Shown: in pieces, positions 27,599 through 40,690 of the stretch
Numbering within the stretch: the stretch's first letter is position 1
Layout of the letters: every line of letters starts with the position of its first letter
Assembly (NCBI GenBank): GCA_951406725.2
Contig: OX597816.1
Coordinates: forward strand, 153,698,001-153,762,000
From: Octopus vulgaris
Taxonomy: Eukaryota
Direction: 5' to 3'
Length of the DNA stretch: 64,000 nucleotides
Made by a program: the position numbers and the translations under genes
Notes under the pieces: model-generated
What the model was told of the DNA's origin: nothing
The model's input: only the letters and a program-made list of their open reading frames with translations
Databases searched by the model: none

Positions 27599-27805
27599 GG
27601 CGGCAAGCTGGCAGAATCGTTAGCATGCCGGACAAAAGGCATAGCGGCATTTCGTCTCACGTTCTGAGTTCAAATTCCGCTGACGTCGACTTTGCCTTTC
27701 ATCCCTTCGGAGTCGATAAAATAAGCACCAGTTGAATACTGAGGTCGATGTAACCGACGTGCCCTTATTCAAAAATTTATTGCACTGTGTCAAAATTTGA
27801 AACCA
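27599..27805 (+). mobile_element. tRNA-derived SINE with gcctttcatcc...gtcgataaaataag central domain (Meta/Sauria-SINE-like)
   Basis: A-box-like tggcagaatcgttag and B-box-like gagttcaaatt. Many homologues in the window (40890-41270, 44525-46170, 50077-50265, 61035-61180, 63385-63665). Confidence 0.75.
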
Positions 27806-27833
27806 TCCCACTATCAACACTTAGTTTAAAATC

Positions 27834-28004
27834 CCAGTGATAGAGTAGGCGTGGGGATAGAAGGGCGGTCCGACCCAGGCGACGTCTTAATGGGGGCAGT
27901 CCTTTGTTGGCTTACTATATATGCCTGTATAGGGGGCGAGGTGGATGCAAGGGGCGGCATACTGGTGGACTGCTCCGGGTGGCACACACACTTGCTACGT
28001 CACG
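27834..28004. mobile_element. GC-rich hAT-like MITE remnant
   Basis: Begins cagtga and ends gctacgtcacg; a GC-rich island in AT-rich context. Termini are degenerate. Confidence 0.35.
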
Positions 28005-28873
28005 ATAAATTCCAATATTTTGTTTCGTTTCCTCGCTCTGAATATACATCAAGTTGTTAGTCTTGCTTGGTGATCTCTACCACTAAAAACCGCAGGATCA
28101 ACAAATGTCAGATGATTTTCCGTAAGACAATTCTGTTTGAAAACCTCAACTGTTGTGTTCTACTTATCACTTGTCCATTAGAGACATTCTCTATTTGAAT
28201 TATTATAGTAATGGATGTTAGAATCGGTAAGGTGTGGGACAAAATAACTTGCGGGATATTTTGATACATTTCTTTGCGTTCTTTTATCAAATCTCACCTA
28301 GCTTGACTTAGTCTTGCATCGTTCCGAGGTCGATAATAAAAGTAACAGTCATGACGAAGGCATTATCCCAACATGGCCAGAGTTCAATGACTGAAACTAG
28401 TCAAAGAACAAAATAATAAATCTTCCTGTGCCGTACCTATAAATTCAAAGATGTTAGTATTTTAACATTCTAATGTTTTCCTATTTAAAATTCCATTATG
28501 CACTTTTAAAAAATAGTGGAACACTAGAGACTAAGTTTGGAAAATGGTTTCAGTTGTGCAGTTTCAATTGTGCAATTTAAGTAGTATTCATGAACTTGAA
28601 AAACTAAATAGAACTGTTTAAAGAACTGCTTTTTGTTGAACTCTCAACACAACATACATGGCGGTTCGCATGATCAGTTCACTTAGCTGGTAATCCGTTC
28701 CATCACTAAAACATCCCACCAATGTAAGAATTAGGATAACTGTTAAGCCAGCAAGAGAAACCGAACGTGGTCGCTTGACCTGCAAAACGTAACAGCCAAA
28801 TTTCCTTCAAATAACACTCTACAATTTTAAAACCATAGACGGAAAGATATATGGGGAAATTGCAGACCTGGAT

Positions 28874-29182
28874 CAGGGGTTCCCGAAACCCATGGTTATG
28901 CGATTTGGCATTCAGAAGTGCAAAAATGTGAAAGTATATAACTTCATAAAAATCGCTTCCCAGAATCAAGTTATTAACGTGCCCTTAAAAATATCTTAAT
29001 TCATTATGCTTACCGAGAAGTTTATTATTCCACAAGTGTCTATTCCTCAATCTTTGAAAAGAAATAGCTATCAGAATATTCATATTTTCATTTTCAGATT
29101 TGATATTACTTTTGTAGGGGGGGTGAAAATAAACTATAATCTTTACTTCGGTGTAGCACTTTGAAAAGGTTGGAAACTACAG
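28874..29182. mobile_element. hAT-like MITE
   Basis: Termini caggggttcccgaaacc and ggttggaaactacag. Confidence 0.45.
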
Positions 29183-29249
29183 TCCAAATATATGCAAAAA
29201 AAAAACAACAACACATATATACATACATATTCATATTTGGTTATTGAAC

Positions 29250-31015
29250 GGAAGAAATCAGTCCCCCAGACCTAAAACTTGTGCATCAGTGATCTCACTA
29301 TCACAAGGAATGCTTCAAGCATCTAGACATTGATGAAAATATATCATACGAAGGTTTTGTGAATAAAGATAGAGTAATCCGAGAATATTGTGCAAGGATT
29401 AGGAAAATATAGCAGTCGGAATTCTCCTCTTACAAGAAGACAATATTCCACAATGTATTTTCAGTACCAGTGCGGATTCCAACATTTGGGATATTTGACT
29501 GGTCTGTAAAAGAAATCCACTGCATAGTCGTTAAAACCCGCAAGATACATTAACTGAAAAGCTCCACAAGAATATTATCGACAGACTCTACCGAAGAGGG
29601 CCAGTGCAGACAGTCTTCGAATACCATATAGTCTATCTCAGACAGCATTTGCTATACAACAGCAGCAAAAACAAATACATTAACTTGGTGCTGAAAAGTA
29701 AAGAGAACAATATCCTATGTGTCGGAAGCGAGCTCGTCAGGAAGCACTTTCTTCCTGATGATCTCCCATACAACCCCAAAACAACTGGATTAACATACCA
29801 CAAAGAAGACCTGAATGTGAAACGTTTGGCATACTAAAACAAGATTATGCATGGGTGTGCTTCCCGAAAACTTGAAGAAGACAGTATTATTGACATGAAG
29901 CAAAGCCTCTCTTGGACTCAGGACCACTACATTACATCACACTTTTAAATGTTATGCATTTGCAATCCAAGAACAGGAGATTGCTGCTAAATACCTAATC
30001 AACAAAAGAGACAGTGAAGCCCTTGGCGTTCCAAGATGCAACTAAAAATATAGATTATGTTATATTTCTGTGGAAGACATCACACATGTGATTAGCAGCT
30101 ACGCAAAAAAGTCATCAAGGTGCTACCTTTTCTATGCGACACGACGTTGTCGAAAAACAATTTACAATTTCATTCGGGGAAAAAAGAATGTCCTAAAATA
30201 AATATAGAGCATCCATTTATTTTGTAAACGTACACAAATATCAACACAAGGAATACGTTTTTTTATCTTTTAGTTTTCAGGTATTTATTCTATCAATCCT
30301 TTTTGCCGAACCACTAAGTTACGGGGACATAAACACACCAACACCGGTTGTCAAGCGGTGATGGGGACACAAACACAGACATAAAGACACACACACATAT
30401 ACATAGATACATAGTTTCCATCTATCAAATCCGCTCACAAGGCTTTGGCCGGTTCGAGGCTATAGCAAAAGACACTTGCTCAACGTGCCACGCAATGGGA
30501 TTGAACCCGAAACCATGTGGTTGGAAAGCAAACTTCTTGCCACAGAGCCACACCCGTGTGGAACATTACCATCAAGTCATATGTCAAGTGTAACCATAAA
30601 AGACCGGATATTGTTGTTTAAAACAGACAAGAAAAAATATGTATCGTCATAGAGGTCATTTGTTCTGCTGATGTGAATATCTCTTTGAAAAACCAAGAGA
30701 GAAAGGAAAACTATGAACACTTGCTTCAAATCTTCTAGCTTCTATTTCCAGATTACAAAAAAACATTTATACCAATCATAATCAGTGCACCAGGTTTAGT
30801 AGAGTCGAGATAAGCTTGGATTTTCAGAGGAAAAAAAATCAACCGAGTCGCACATTACAAATATCTGTAAGTGGAAGAGTAAAAATAAGCAAGACTTTTA
30901 TCAGGTTTAAAATGTGACATTGTTTTCGCTATCTACATTCCAACGATGGAGATTATTTCTGCTAGAAGCCAGCTCCTTCCTCAAGGAAGAATTTAAATAA
31001 TTAAAAAGAGACGAG
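29250..31015 (+). mobile_element. Old, decayed R4-like LINE interrupted by a SINE and followed by (TACA)n
   Basis: Residual motifs FKHLDIDENISYEG, YAFAIQEQEIAAKYLI, EDITHVISS and NHKRPDIV. The SINE splits the KEY/WN motif at about 30257/30557. Confidence 0.75.
30258..30556 (-). mobile_element. tRNA-derived SINE nested in the R4-like LINE
   Basis: Homologous to 14650-15030. Confidence 0.7.
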
Positions 31016-31135
31016 ATACATACATACATACATACATACATACATACATACATACATACATACATACATACATACATACATACATACATACATACATACA
31101 TCTTGAGAAATTAGGCTTCTCAAAACCATACATAC

Positions 31136-32133
31136 GTGTCGAAGTGTATCCCTTGACCAAGTTTGCATACATGAGGCTGATAACACCATAAGACTTGGAA
31201 GGCAGCTCCTTGCCTGATAACCTAGAATACATGCCTAAAGAAGTTGCACGACTCTAACCGCAACATATCATCAGATGAAAGGACGAACCTATATGAGTAG
31301 AGGACTATGCATGGAAATGTTACTAGAAAGCTTCGTGATGATTGTAACATCGATCATCAAAGCAGTTTATCACGGACGAATAGCCGGATTATTACTTCCT
31401 ACTTTGAAGGGTATGCATTTGCAATCCAGGAACAGGAAATATCAACCAAGTACCTGATACACAAAAGGGATAGAGATTCAGGTAAAGCCGTAAAGAGTGA
31501 CAACCGATGCAGACTTTGTAGAGTTCACACTGAAGATATCACCCACATCATAAGCAGTTGTTCGAAAATGTAATCACTGTTTATCTACCGATGAGACATG
31601 ATGTAGCTAGGACACTCTATAATGAAATCCGTCGGAAGGATAATCCCGAGGACAAAGAAATAAGAAACTCACAATATGGTAGAAGCTATAGCCACTCATA
31701 ATAAATAGGAATACTGGTGGAATATACCAGCAAAGACCTCAATAAAATGTCAGCACAACAGACCTGATATGATGATTTGGGATAGAGAAGAGAAACTGTG
31801 CACAGTTGTGGAAATTATCTGCCCAGCGGATGTTAACATAAAGCTGAATATCAGGGAAAAAGAGAACACCTACGCTGAAGTATTGAGAAATCTGCAGTTA
31901 CTTTATCCAGTTCAGGTTTATACCTGTAATTATTGGAGCCCTAGGATATGTAACACACTGCCTAAATACCAATCTTGAGAAATTAGGCTTCTCAAAGCCA
32001 GAAAAGAGAAAGCTAATCTGAAGACAACAGATCCAATCCATCACTGGAACTATAAAAATCTGTAAGACTTTCCAGAAGTTTATCATTTAAATATATAGGA
32101 ACATGTCTAGATATGCAACTATATACATGAGAA
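31136..32133 (+). mobile_element. 5'-truncated R4-like LINE 3' end embedded in (TACA)n
   Basis: YFEGYAFAIQEQEISTKYL, CRLCRVHTEDITHIISSC, RHD and HNRPDMMIWDREEKLCTVVEI. (TACA)n lies at 31017-31100 and 32134-32208. Confidence 0.88.
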
Positions 32134-32922
32134 TACATACATACATACATACATACATACATACATACATACATACATACATACATACATACATACATAC
32201 ATACATACGAGTAGGAATCCAAACTGCCGCGGAAGTAGTAAAATTTTATCATGTATAGCTTTTTTCAAGTCCTTTCGTAGGAAGAACTACACGAAAACAA
32301 AACCTTTATTGCCAACCATACCAGTTAATTATTTATATAACTCGCGAATGTCATAAATTATATGTGCATATATCATTATTCATACACATTATAATTACTT
32401 TTAAACTTTCGTCCCTTCCCATACACACGTGTACGTATGTGTATGTGTGTGTTAGAGACATCTATAAAACACTTACTTTCACAAACAAAATACATAGTAT
32501 ATGTGTATGTATGTATGTATGTATGTATGTATGTATGTATGTATGTATGCATTTGTATATCGATGAAAACACTCACACACAAACATACATGTACACGATC
32601 ATAAATAAATAAGTAAACACATAATGTATACACGTACGTATATAATATGTGTGTGCATACATATATATAGATATATCTGTACACATATATATACAGGTAG
32701 ATAGATTGAGGGAGAAAGAGGGGGAGGGAAAGATGCACATTTACAATTATATATATATATATATATATGTGTATTATTATATAAACACTTGTATATGTAT
32801 ATATAAATATGTGCACATACATACATATAAATATACATACATGTAATATATATTTTTTTACAAATGGTTGTATATGTGTGTGCATGTGTACGCATACATA
32901 CACACACGCACACATACACAGG

Positions 32923-32985
<63 letters not shown>

Positions 32986-33355
32986 CAATTATGGTAATAA
33001 TGTGAAGTTATGCTATATTTCTGACAAGTTTAAGTGTGTGAATGGCCATAAATTTCCTGTAGAATTCGTGTGTGAGCAATCATTTTTAGCAATAATTACT
33101 AGCGCCGTTATACTACTTTCGCTGACGCTAACGGCAACAGAAACAATTCATAATTTCTTTTCTCTTTTATACATAATACCATTTCGCCATGATTTTTATT
33201 TTACTTTGTTCATTTATGTACTTTGTATTCCTCTTTAATCTTGTATCACACTTTAAATAATTACTTAACGCAAATTGAAGTATATCGAGATAACTTCCAC
33301 CACGACTTCGATTATCACATACATCTAAAAACATCAATTAAATTAACATTCAGAA

Positions 33356-33412
<57 letters not shown>

Positions 33413-33456
33413 TACATACATACATACATACATACATACATACATACATACATACG

Positions 33457-33497
<41 letters not shown>

Positions 33498-33514
33498 TTA
33501 TTTATATATGTATA

Positions 33515-34240
33515 ATACAAAATGGGACAAGAATGCAAAATATCCGGACAACTAGGTGATACAAAAAGGGACAACAAAACATCCAGATATACGATACAAA
33601 AAAAAAGAAGGATGGGTCATTCGAAGCTTTCTATCCTCAGTCAAGAACCGGATCATCCTCGCAATTTCGGCCGATTAATCTTGAGATTGCTCCAATCTGG
33701 CCAACCCCAAGAAAAAACTAAGCTAAGAGCATTAGATTATTTGGAAGAAAGCATCGAATGTATACGAAAACAAGGACGAAAAAACAGACGATGTTACACA
33801 AATATAAATACAAAATACAATAAAAATAATAATAACAGGACATAACAACAGGTGTCTTTCGACTGGTGACGAATTGAATTCAACTGGTGTGTGTGGAAAT
33901 GAAGCCTTACGGCGGAGATACAAAACTTTCACAAACACAGGGAAGCATATCGATGTTTCACTGACCACGGTCAGACGCAAAAAGAGGGCTAGCAGTTTGG
34001 CCTATCGGTCACGTAGGAAGAGAGGAGAAAGAAAAAGAGGAACAAAAGAATTAAGGAGGGGGAAGAGAAGAGAGAGAGAGAGCTGTAGAAGCAGATGGAC
34101 AGGGACATAGTGAAGTGAAAAGTGAGTAAGAAAAGAAGCCAAAGAAATGGGAGAGAGGGGAAAAGAAAGAACGAAGAGTGGAATGAACGAATAAGCATGA
34201 AAAGGTTGATAGAATCGTACAAAATTTAGTATACAAAACA
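33515..34240 (-). mobile_element. Probable retroelement (Penelope-like?) terminal segment next to (TA)n
   Basis: Non-coding and pyrimidine-rich on the minus strand, ending at a (TA)n tract like the other PLE-type ends here. No protein motif seen. Confidence 0.35.
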
Positions 34241-36634
34241 AATCATCATCAAATTTCGTACCGTTTGGAGAAATTTTACTTTCTTGAATGTTTTGGTTTT
34301 TCTGTTTACACGTCAATTTATGTAACCACACGCTATAATCGTTATCTACAGTCCTCGATCTTTTTGTCAAACCTTTGTGGATAATCAAGAAATCTTATTC
34401 ATTCTTATCGTTCTTCTTGTTTTATTACTTCAACATTAGATAAATTAACTATTTATGCGAATGTCGTAACTTTTGAAGGATTTAATTTCTATTTTTTGCA
34501 TTTTCATGGCTACTGATGACACACTAAAATCAAGCTGCGGTTTCTGTAGAAACTTTCACTAAAATTCCCCCCTCTCTCTCTCTTTCTCTTTCTCTCTACC
34601 ATTTATCTAAATACTTCTGCCTCCCTCTTTCTCTCCTAAAAAACCAAAGTGTATATCTTCCCAACTCTCAAATATTGGTTTCTTACATATGTACAACGCC
34701 AATTTCTATAAGAAAGCCAGTACACTCAATAGAAAAAATCAGTTTCATTATATTGCTAATACTAAATTCGAATAACCTCTGCATGAGTTGCTTTTCGATC
34801 CTCCAGTACTAGCAATCATATTTCCCTTAATACTCATCTGAATCAAGAGAAAAAAGAAAAGTGGAAAGACACTGAATAACATAATCCTACAAACATTATG
34901 TTTGATGAGATGTTTATATGCGAAACGTCTTTGTTTTTGCGTTTCCTTCTGCAGTCAACGGTTTAATGCAAAAATTTGGTTGTGACTATGGCCTGGTAGG
35001 GTTGAGAGTTTGGTAATAAAGTATTTTAAACATGTCTTACTGCGCAATATCAATGAGAAACCTTCAGTATCTGCAGCACATGTCAATGGCCTTAATAAGA
35101 ATACATAAGAAATTTATGAATCCATAGAACTACGGAGAAGGCTTAATCAAACGCAAGAAGCACACATGGAATATTTGTGGTAACTGTAATGTATCATTGC
35201 TTCTAGGCTTACAGTTGGTCTATTAAAAGCATATGCACATTTTACGTCAATAAAATAGCATAAATGATAAGAATCACTAAAAAGCATGACTGACTGTCAT
35301 TGGTGAATATAATGAGTTGCACTGGTTTATCGTTTGAAAATATATTTTCTACCACTTCACATCAAACTGGACCTCATGAAAAACTTTGCTAAGAGGATGA
35401 ATCGTCAATATTCAATATTTAATGGACAAATTCAATGGAATACTGACAGATGCAAAGTTAGAAACGGGAGATTTTACTTAACCACATATCCGTAGTATCA
35501 TATGTGACTCATCATTTGCCACTAATCTAAAGGAGAAGGGACTAAAGGCGCAGGTATCTTTTGTTCGAATTATTTTTAAATTTCTCGAAATCACAGAACC
35601 GAAAACTACCTTGAACTCATGAGATATTTCCTAAAATACATATTTACATTGTCACCTGATCGGCACTTTGCGTCACTATGGAAAGAAAATATGAAGGGAA
35701 CGTCAACTGAATTATGATGGGTAATTATTGTTGGGCAATATGATAATGGCAGGCGACTCTGAAAAGACTGCAAAGAAATTTGTCTTGTATGATTTGTTAT
35801 ATATGCCAAACTAGCTCTCTATGGAGAATCCGATTCTGAAAAAAATTTTTGAAAAGACGCAAATTCAAATTTCATTCTTCATTTTTCACCTTTTCCGGAT
35901 TTTTTTTTTTTTTTTTTTTTTTTGCAAAACATGCAGAAAAATACGAAGGCAAAAAGAAAAAACAAATTACCCCCAACCCCTCCGCTCCCAATTCTACGGC
36001 CTTGGCCTTCAAACAGGGTATCCACATGCTAGAAATAACAGCCAAATCTCACAAAACTGCGATAACATAATGAAAGCAATATGTAATCAATCTACTCGCC
36101 TTTCTGCCAAGATTTCTTTCAGAGAAATTTCCCGCAGTAATATGAAAAAAATTCATGTGAAATTAAAGTGTTCACTTTTTTTTTCTTTTTGAGAGTTGAA
36201 AAAGGTATGAGTGCAGAAATAAAAGCTACCTCTTTTGGAAAAAGAAAAGTAAAAATAGAAAAGCAATACTGTCACAAAGTGAAATTAAAGAGAATCAGTT
36301 GACCAGCGCAAAACATCGTGTTTGTGGAACTGAAAATGAGTAGATTTTTCCTCCCTCTTCTCACTCCGTTTTTCCCTTTCCTCAAATCCTTCATTCTCTC
36401 CTCTCTCTCTCTTCTTCACACTGTCTCTCTTTCCCTTCCTCTCCTCTCCCTCCCTCTGTCTCGCTATCGCTCCATACCCCTTTTCTCTTTTTTCATATCA
36501 CCTTCTCTCTCTTTCCTTCATATCTCCCTCTCTTTTTCCTGCTCCCTCCCTCTGTCTTTCTTCCTCTCTACCTCCCTCTGTCTCTCTCACTTTCTCTTTA
36601 TCATTCCTTCCCCCTCTGGGCTAAGAAAACGAAG

Positions 36635-37118
36635 ATGGCGCCAAAGTGGAAGAAGAAAGAATTGAATCTACTGTTGCGAGCATGGGCGATTGCTAGCGGC
36701 GATCCACCAAACAGCATCATTACTGCTGCACTGAAGAACAATGGCTTCTGTAGAACCATTGATCAAATAGAGCGGAAGATAAATGAATTCATCCGATCCT
36801 ATGCCCTTATCAGACCACACAGTGACACTCTTGATGTCATCATGGAAGACTACTGTGGCGAGGCTGATAAGGATAAGGAAAACGAAACAAAAACCAGAAG
36901 TCTCTTTGATCCAGTGGATCCCCACCCCTGTGAACGACCAGGCTGATAATGATAAGGAAGCTAAGGAAGCAACAACCAGAAGTCCCTCTGTGTCAGTGGT
37001 CCTACAAAGAACGGAATCCTCACCTCACTGGACAACAAGAGGAATGCAAATCCTACCACAAGAAAAGGAAGGAAAGAACACGAGCACAAACATAAAGGAG
37101 GAAAAGGGAAAAAATTAA
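36635..37118 (+). pseudogene. Myb/SANT-like (trihelix) DNA-binding domain ORF with a frameshifted low-complexity tail
   Basis: MAPKWKKKELNLLLRAW...IITAALKNNGFCRTIDQIERKINEFIRSY fits the W-x3-E-x3-LL-x2-W...G-x2-RT-x2-Q-x3-K pattern. Start context is aagATGGcg. The first ORF ends at 36946, and a related repeat continues in another frame to 37118. Confidence 0.55.
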
Positions 37119-37209
37119 ATAACTAAAACCGAAACCACCAAACAAAAAACAGAAAACTCAAGTATGGAGGCCCCAATAGAATCCAAAATTCTAGAGGAGG
37201 GAAAAAATT

Positions 37210-38668
37210 TGGAGCGTACTCAAGCTTTCAGTTGTTCCAGATTGACCACAGCCCACCCTCTCTACGATATATCACATGAGATGGATGCTGTCGTTGGTAG
37301 ATCTGCCTGAGATCACACAGATTTGCACTTTCCCAACCATACTACCGACAAGTGCAAACTCTTTGCAATAACTTTGTCCATGATTTTATAACAGAATTAA
37401 GGGCTAGAATTTATCAGCAATGCTCCTTTATTTGTATCCATTTTCGGCAGTACTACCACTTTCTGCTTCAAAAAAAGTGAACATTTTCCCGTTCTTGATA
37501 CAATTGTAATAGAAATTTGCCAGAGGGACAGCAAACAAGTTTGGCATGCAATACAACCTATCTTAACCAGGCAATGTTAGTGGCTTTCCATAGCAGTCAC
37601 CGCCCTCTGTCAAAAATCACAGCACGCCTGATAAGCACTAAATTCACTACCTTTCCGATCCACCGATTGCTTAAACAAGTGAGTGAAGTGCTGCTAGAAA
37701 GCAGCACGAATCTACTTGGAATAGAGTAGAACGCGCCCTTTCCAACCCATCAAAATGTCACTTTCTTTCTACATTGTACCACTACTTCCTGGGCCCATTG
37801 GATGGCTTTCATTCATATGTGTCTGTAAGCAAAGGTTTCAGCTGACAACGCAACCTTCATGTTTCACCGTGAAGAAATGATAGAGGACTATTCTCTTTGC
37901 TAACACTGTGGTCGTAATATCTTAGCTAATCGCCTTTTTTAAATTTACAACACTGTTTTTGATGTCTCCATATATTAATCATGCTTGAATCGTCCTCTCC
38001 AAAGCGTTCCACCGGTTGTTGAGTATTGGTACCCAACGTCAACGGCCACTTAAGTAATTCACCAATCCGATCGCTGCAAGCTATGCATGCAGGTAATAAC
38101 ATGCTCATTTTTCAAAACCAAGTTCCTGTCCACGCTTTCTATCTAGGTCGGCTATACAGGTTACAAATTTGAGGTCAATGAAGCCGAGTGATTAAAAATG
38201 CTGACTTCCTATTTTGTATCTATCATGTAACCTAACAAATACTTAATCTAGACTCGAATTACGTTACTCAGTGCGATTTCTCCAGGTCGATACTGAGGCA
38301 TTCGATAAATGCACTTGACATTTACCAGATGGTTGAAACTCTTTAAGAAAGCTACCAGTCTGAAGTACTATTATTGCTGCCTTTCGTGTATAACACCACC
38401 AACTTTTCGTCCACGTCCAAAACGATCGTCTGTATCTCAAGACCCAAACCTTTCTGCGACTATACTACCACCCCACCGCCTGATCCGTACCGACCATAAA
38501 ATGTGTGTACTTCCTAGATGTGAAAGATGGATACGGATGCATTCTGGAAATTCTGCTTTCGCTACTTGCTAATACACTAGTGACCTGAAGTCGTTTAGTA
38601 AGTGACCTTGCTTCCAAGATGATTCCAAGGCCAAGCACATTGATGCATCCTACTCTTAGTACAGCCAT
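37210..38668 (-). mobile_element. Decayed L1/Tx1-like ORF2 (AP endonuclease + RT N-terminal half), 3'-truncated
   Basis: Starts MAVLRVGCINVLGL (APE N-terminus). Near 37210-37420 it reads YKIMDKVIAKSL...QICVISGRSTNDSIHLM...VNLEQLKA, matching L1-type YKILAK/GRSIHDN/LDQSKAFD motifs. Confidence 0.75.
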
Positions 38669-40690
38669 GATGATTAGAAAAATAAATGATAGAGGATACT
38701 TACCTTGGTCTTGGGGAAGGATTGGTAATCCAGTTATCACGACAAGAAGGGGTTCCTTGAAAGACCCTATAAAACATTCTTACCTGCTCTCTCCTAGAAC
38801 ATTCCTAAAGAGCCAAGGATTTATTTACTGAGGTTTCAATATATTCCCTTTGATGTTCTCAATAGTATTCTATTCAGCAGTGCCCAAGAAATTAGCTTCA
38901 TCAAAACCCTCTTCCTTTGTGTTTTTTTTTGTTGTTATTGTGGTGTAAGTCGCAGTGATGGGTAGATGGTCGATGGGCTGAGCTTGGGGCGGTCACTTTT
39001 CTTTTTGTTCCTAAACCCGACTATAAAGACCTCTTTTAATGGGCTTGTCTCGACTTGTCACACGACAAGGTCTCACAAGTAGAGGAAAGCGGTGTGTGGA
39101 TCGTTCCCTCTACATCATGCTTCTGCGATCCTAGAGATTTTATGTAACTGTAGGGGCGAGGATTCTTTTGATTGTGGTCATGGTGACGTAAAGGTTCTTC
39201 AAACCTGCGACTGCTTTCTGTCGCTGTTAATGTTTTTAATGAGATGTTCTACTTGTTGCTGTTATTAGCGCTACTATTTTTGTTGTAGTTGCTATTGTTG
39301 CTGTCGTTTTTGCTATTGCTGCTGTTGCTTTTGCTGTAGCTGATAGTTGCTGTTGGTATCGTTGTTGTTGTTCTGCTGCTGCTGTTGTTGTGAATTTGGT
39401 GCTGACCACAGGGCAAGTTTTACTTTTGTTGCCTTCTGTTAAGAGCAGAAGGAAGTTGGTGACACTTGAGCTGTCTACCTTTCACCACAACATATGGTTA
39501 AGTGCCGTCAAGAAGGTCTATTTTTAATCCGGAGTCTTGCCATATTTTTTTAGGTTGTATCTGCAACAGGGCTTCTACTCAATTTCAATCCAATATTCAT
39601 AGCACTGTTTTCTTATAGCAGTATTTTTTCGATTCTTTCTTCTCCCTCAAGGACAATTTATACAACCGTCTTTTAGATAGTCAATCTTGATGGCACATCT
39701 AACACCTTCACCTACTCATGTATGCAAGTATGAAGGCAAATCCTCACTCTACACAGAACAATGGAAGGCTTCAAAGGGTGAGGTTTCGAGAAAAATCACA
39801 CCTCTATCATTCTATAACATACGATTAAACGAAGTCAATAACAATCCATATTCCTTTCTGGCACTCCTTTACACCAAGGCACTTAACCACCATGAACCAA
39901 TGAATTAGTTCTGACCATTTTCTCCAAAAGCTCTGGGACCATGACCAATGCTGCCCTCCTACCGTATTTCCAGATGAGCTTTAGAGCCATTCTTGGACCT
40001 GCTACTTTTTCCTCTAATCATTTTTTATGGATTTTGCAGCCAATCTTTTACAACACTCTTCTGGCTATTGTTTATGCTGCTGTTGTCACGGTTCTGGTGG
40101 CCACAATGAATGCAGTGACAGGGGTGCAAGAAATGGAGAAAATATTGCTTCTCTATTTGGAGAAGTGTATTTGGCCGACACGATGGATTGGATAATCGTC
40201 ATCGTCGTCGTGGCACCATTTTCTGCTGCTTCTGCAGCCTTATTTTAAAAATTGTTGGTGATGTTATTTTTCTTTCCTTCTTGACATTCAGTGCTATTTT
40301 TGTCGCTGTCGCAGCAGCTTTCTTTTGTGATTGGTAGAGCTCGTAAGTCATTTTCATTAAAAATACTGAAATAGTTGTAGAAGTAGGTGGTCTTACCATT
40401 TCTGACATTGCTGTTATTACGTTTTTTTTGTTCTTAGATCTTCCTCCATCCTCAGTGTTGTTATTTACAGTGTGCTGCTCGTCGACTCACTACTATTTTT
40501 GCTACAGCATTTCAACTGGTTTAGACTCACAACAGATAAATATCTACTGTAAAATTTCTTCAAAAAATTTAGGACGAAATCATCTTTTTGCTCCAACTAG
40601 TAAAACTTTCAAAACAAGCGGCAGCCTCAGTACTACCGGTGCACTGGCTATTGTTGCCACTTCCCACCGCTCCTCCTCACTCAAATGTTA
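38669..40690 (-). mobile_element. Probable decayed ORF1/5' region of the same L1/Tx1-like LINE
   Basis: A-rich on the minus strand with (CAG/CAA)-rich low-complexity tracts, directly upstream of ORF2. No intact frame. Confidence 0.4.

Noticed and set aside
33615-33648. Minus-strand CTGAGGA-TA-GAAAGCTTC hammerhead-like core
   Set aside because: No stem II and no consistent stem I register.
34902-34929. ttgatgag...cgaaacgtc hammerhead-like motif
   Set aside because: The first core base is mutated and stem I does not pair; mentioned only as a weak relic.
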